64,000 bases of DNA from Mytilus californianus (taxonomy: Eukaryota). The stretch is taken from NCBI RefSeq assembly GCF_021869535.1, contig NW_026262690.1, positions 76,074,001-76,138,000 of the forward strand. The letters run 5' to 3'. Below, in pieces: positions 62,328 through 64,000 of this stretch. Numbering within the stretch: the first letter of the stretch is position 1; each line of letters opens with the position of its first letter. The notes under the pieces are model-generated. The model was not told the DNA's origin and did no database searches. It saw only the letters and a program-made list of their open reading frames with translations. The translations under genes were made by a program, and so were the position numbers.

Positions 62328-63702
62328 AGAATGATAGATTGATAGATGCAACCGATTTAAATAGATTCGGTATCCAGCGGAAGAAAGACTAGTAAAGTTT
62401 TGGCTTATGATTTGCCGAAATATCAAGTCTAAGGCCACACCAATTTGATTCCTATTTCTTTGGATTTTCCCGCTCCTGTTTTGGAGAAATTGACCTTTCA
62501 ATAAAAAAAATAATTACCGCTTCCGCAAATTTCCGGAAAGTCCCTTAACAATTGGCAAAATCAAAAGGTCAAACACATCAAACGAATGGAAAATAACTGT
62601 CACATTCCTGGCTTGGTACAGGCATTTTCTTTTGTAGAAAATGGTGGATTAAACCTGGTTTTAAAACTAGCTAAACCTCTCACTTGTATGACAGTCGCAT
62701 AAAATTCCATTATATTGACAACAATGTGTGAACAAAACAAACAGACATAATAGGTAAAAATGTCAAAAATAGGGGTACAGCAGTCAACATTGTGTTATAA
62801 TCTCAATCACTATAAAAACAAACAAACGCACGTGTGATAAATCGATTTATAAATAAAAGGTCAAAAATCGGGATGCCAACATGCAGTTGTGTCAGCTCAT
62901 TGCCGTGGAGAAGTAGTTATTGAACACACAGTTATCCGAAATGCATCTCGTTTTACATTTGAAGACCTAGCCTGTTCTAGGAGGCAAAAATTCAAAATCT
63001 TTCTTTAGATGACACAATCACATCAATATTTGTTAGAACCATCGTCATCCCCGATCCTTGTTTCAACAGGCAAAGACCTCTCTATCTTGGATGAAATTAA
63101 TTACAAATTCCCATGAACTTTTTTAAAAATCACAGAATTATTTTATATTGATGAAACCCCATATCCCCTTGTATTTCTATTGGCATGCAAGCACAACTCT
63201 TTTATAAGTAGAAATTTAAGAGTTCCAACGTACGAGATCAAGGTGGTGGTATTGTGATTGGCATGCTCATAATTGTAACTGGTTCAACCACTTCTAGTTA
63301 AGCTAAATAGTTTTAAATGCATCGCAGCTTTTAGGAGCAAAAGGAAAGAATATTTTGCTCAGTCAGAATAATGCCTGTGAATGTGGTTACTTGTATTTTA
63401 AGGGAATAGTTTAATACATTGAGATCTACATGCATAGCAATATAACTATCTTACTTAGGATGCTGTTTAAGTACAAAGCAAAAAATATTCACCTCACTCA
63501 TTATGTTGATCCTACATATGGATAAATAGTTCCAACGGGATGTCAAGCGGCCAATAAACAATTATCATTACCATATAATGAAAACAAGTATATCAAAAAA
63601 TATTTAATATCTTTCAGGGGCATTTTTTTGGGATACATACACATATTTTAATTTTATTCTATGGAACGCCACAGCTGTCTTATGTGGAACTCTGATATTA
63701 CT

Positions 63703-64000
63703 TTATGTTGTTTTATTATTACTTGATGATATTTTGTCTTTACTTAATATGGTTTTGACATTACGTAATGATGTTTTGATATAACTCAATATGGAATAGT
63801 CATTACTTAATGATATTTCGATATTACATGATATGGTTTCGTATTGACTTGATATAGTTTTGTCATTACTCAATATGGTTTTGTCATTACTCGATGTGGT
63901 TTCACCATTATTTAATGTGGTTGTGTCATTAGTCAATGTGGTTTTAACATTACTTGATGTGAATGTGCCTTAACGTTATGTAGTTGTTTCATTACATGAT
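63703..64000. repeat. Degenerate 21-bp minisatellite (consensus about CATTACTTGATATGGTTTTGT), running off the window end
   Basis: About 14 units with a 21-bp period. Confidence 0.85.

Overview
AT-rich eukaryotic genomic DNA, most consistent with a mytilid bivalve (inferred from C1q-domain genes, bivalve-type SINEs/HINEs and a hammerhead retrozyme). Almost all of it is nested mobile DNA. (1) 563-21752 is a candidate IS3EU-like DNA transposon. It has ~165-190 bp TIRs (TAC...GTA) enclosing two convergent genes: a spliced, frameshifted kinase gene on + and a decayed IS3/integrase-core DDE transposase on -. No TSD is visible. (2) There are two C1q-domain loci on -: one intact C1q exon, possibly joined to a signal-peptide exon across a ~31.9 kb intron, and one pseudogene. 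(3) An old inverted duplication (25018-29264 vs 33608-45125) carries a three-exon Crypton tyrosine-recombinase pseudogene and has a junction built from microhomology template switches. (4) The rest includes Penelope-like and CR1/L2-like retroelements, a Tc1 element, HINEs, SINEs, MITEs, long palindromic non-autonomous elements and several hammerhead ribozymes. No database searches were run; family names come from motif recognition and some repeat boundaries are approximate.
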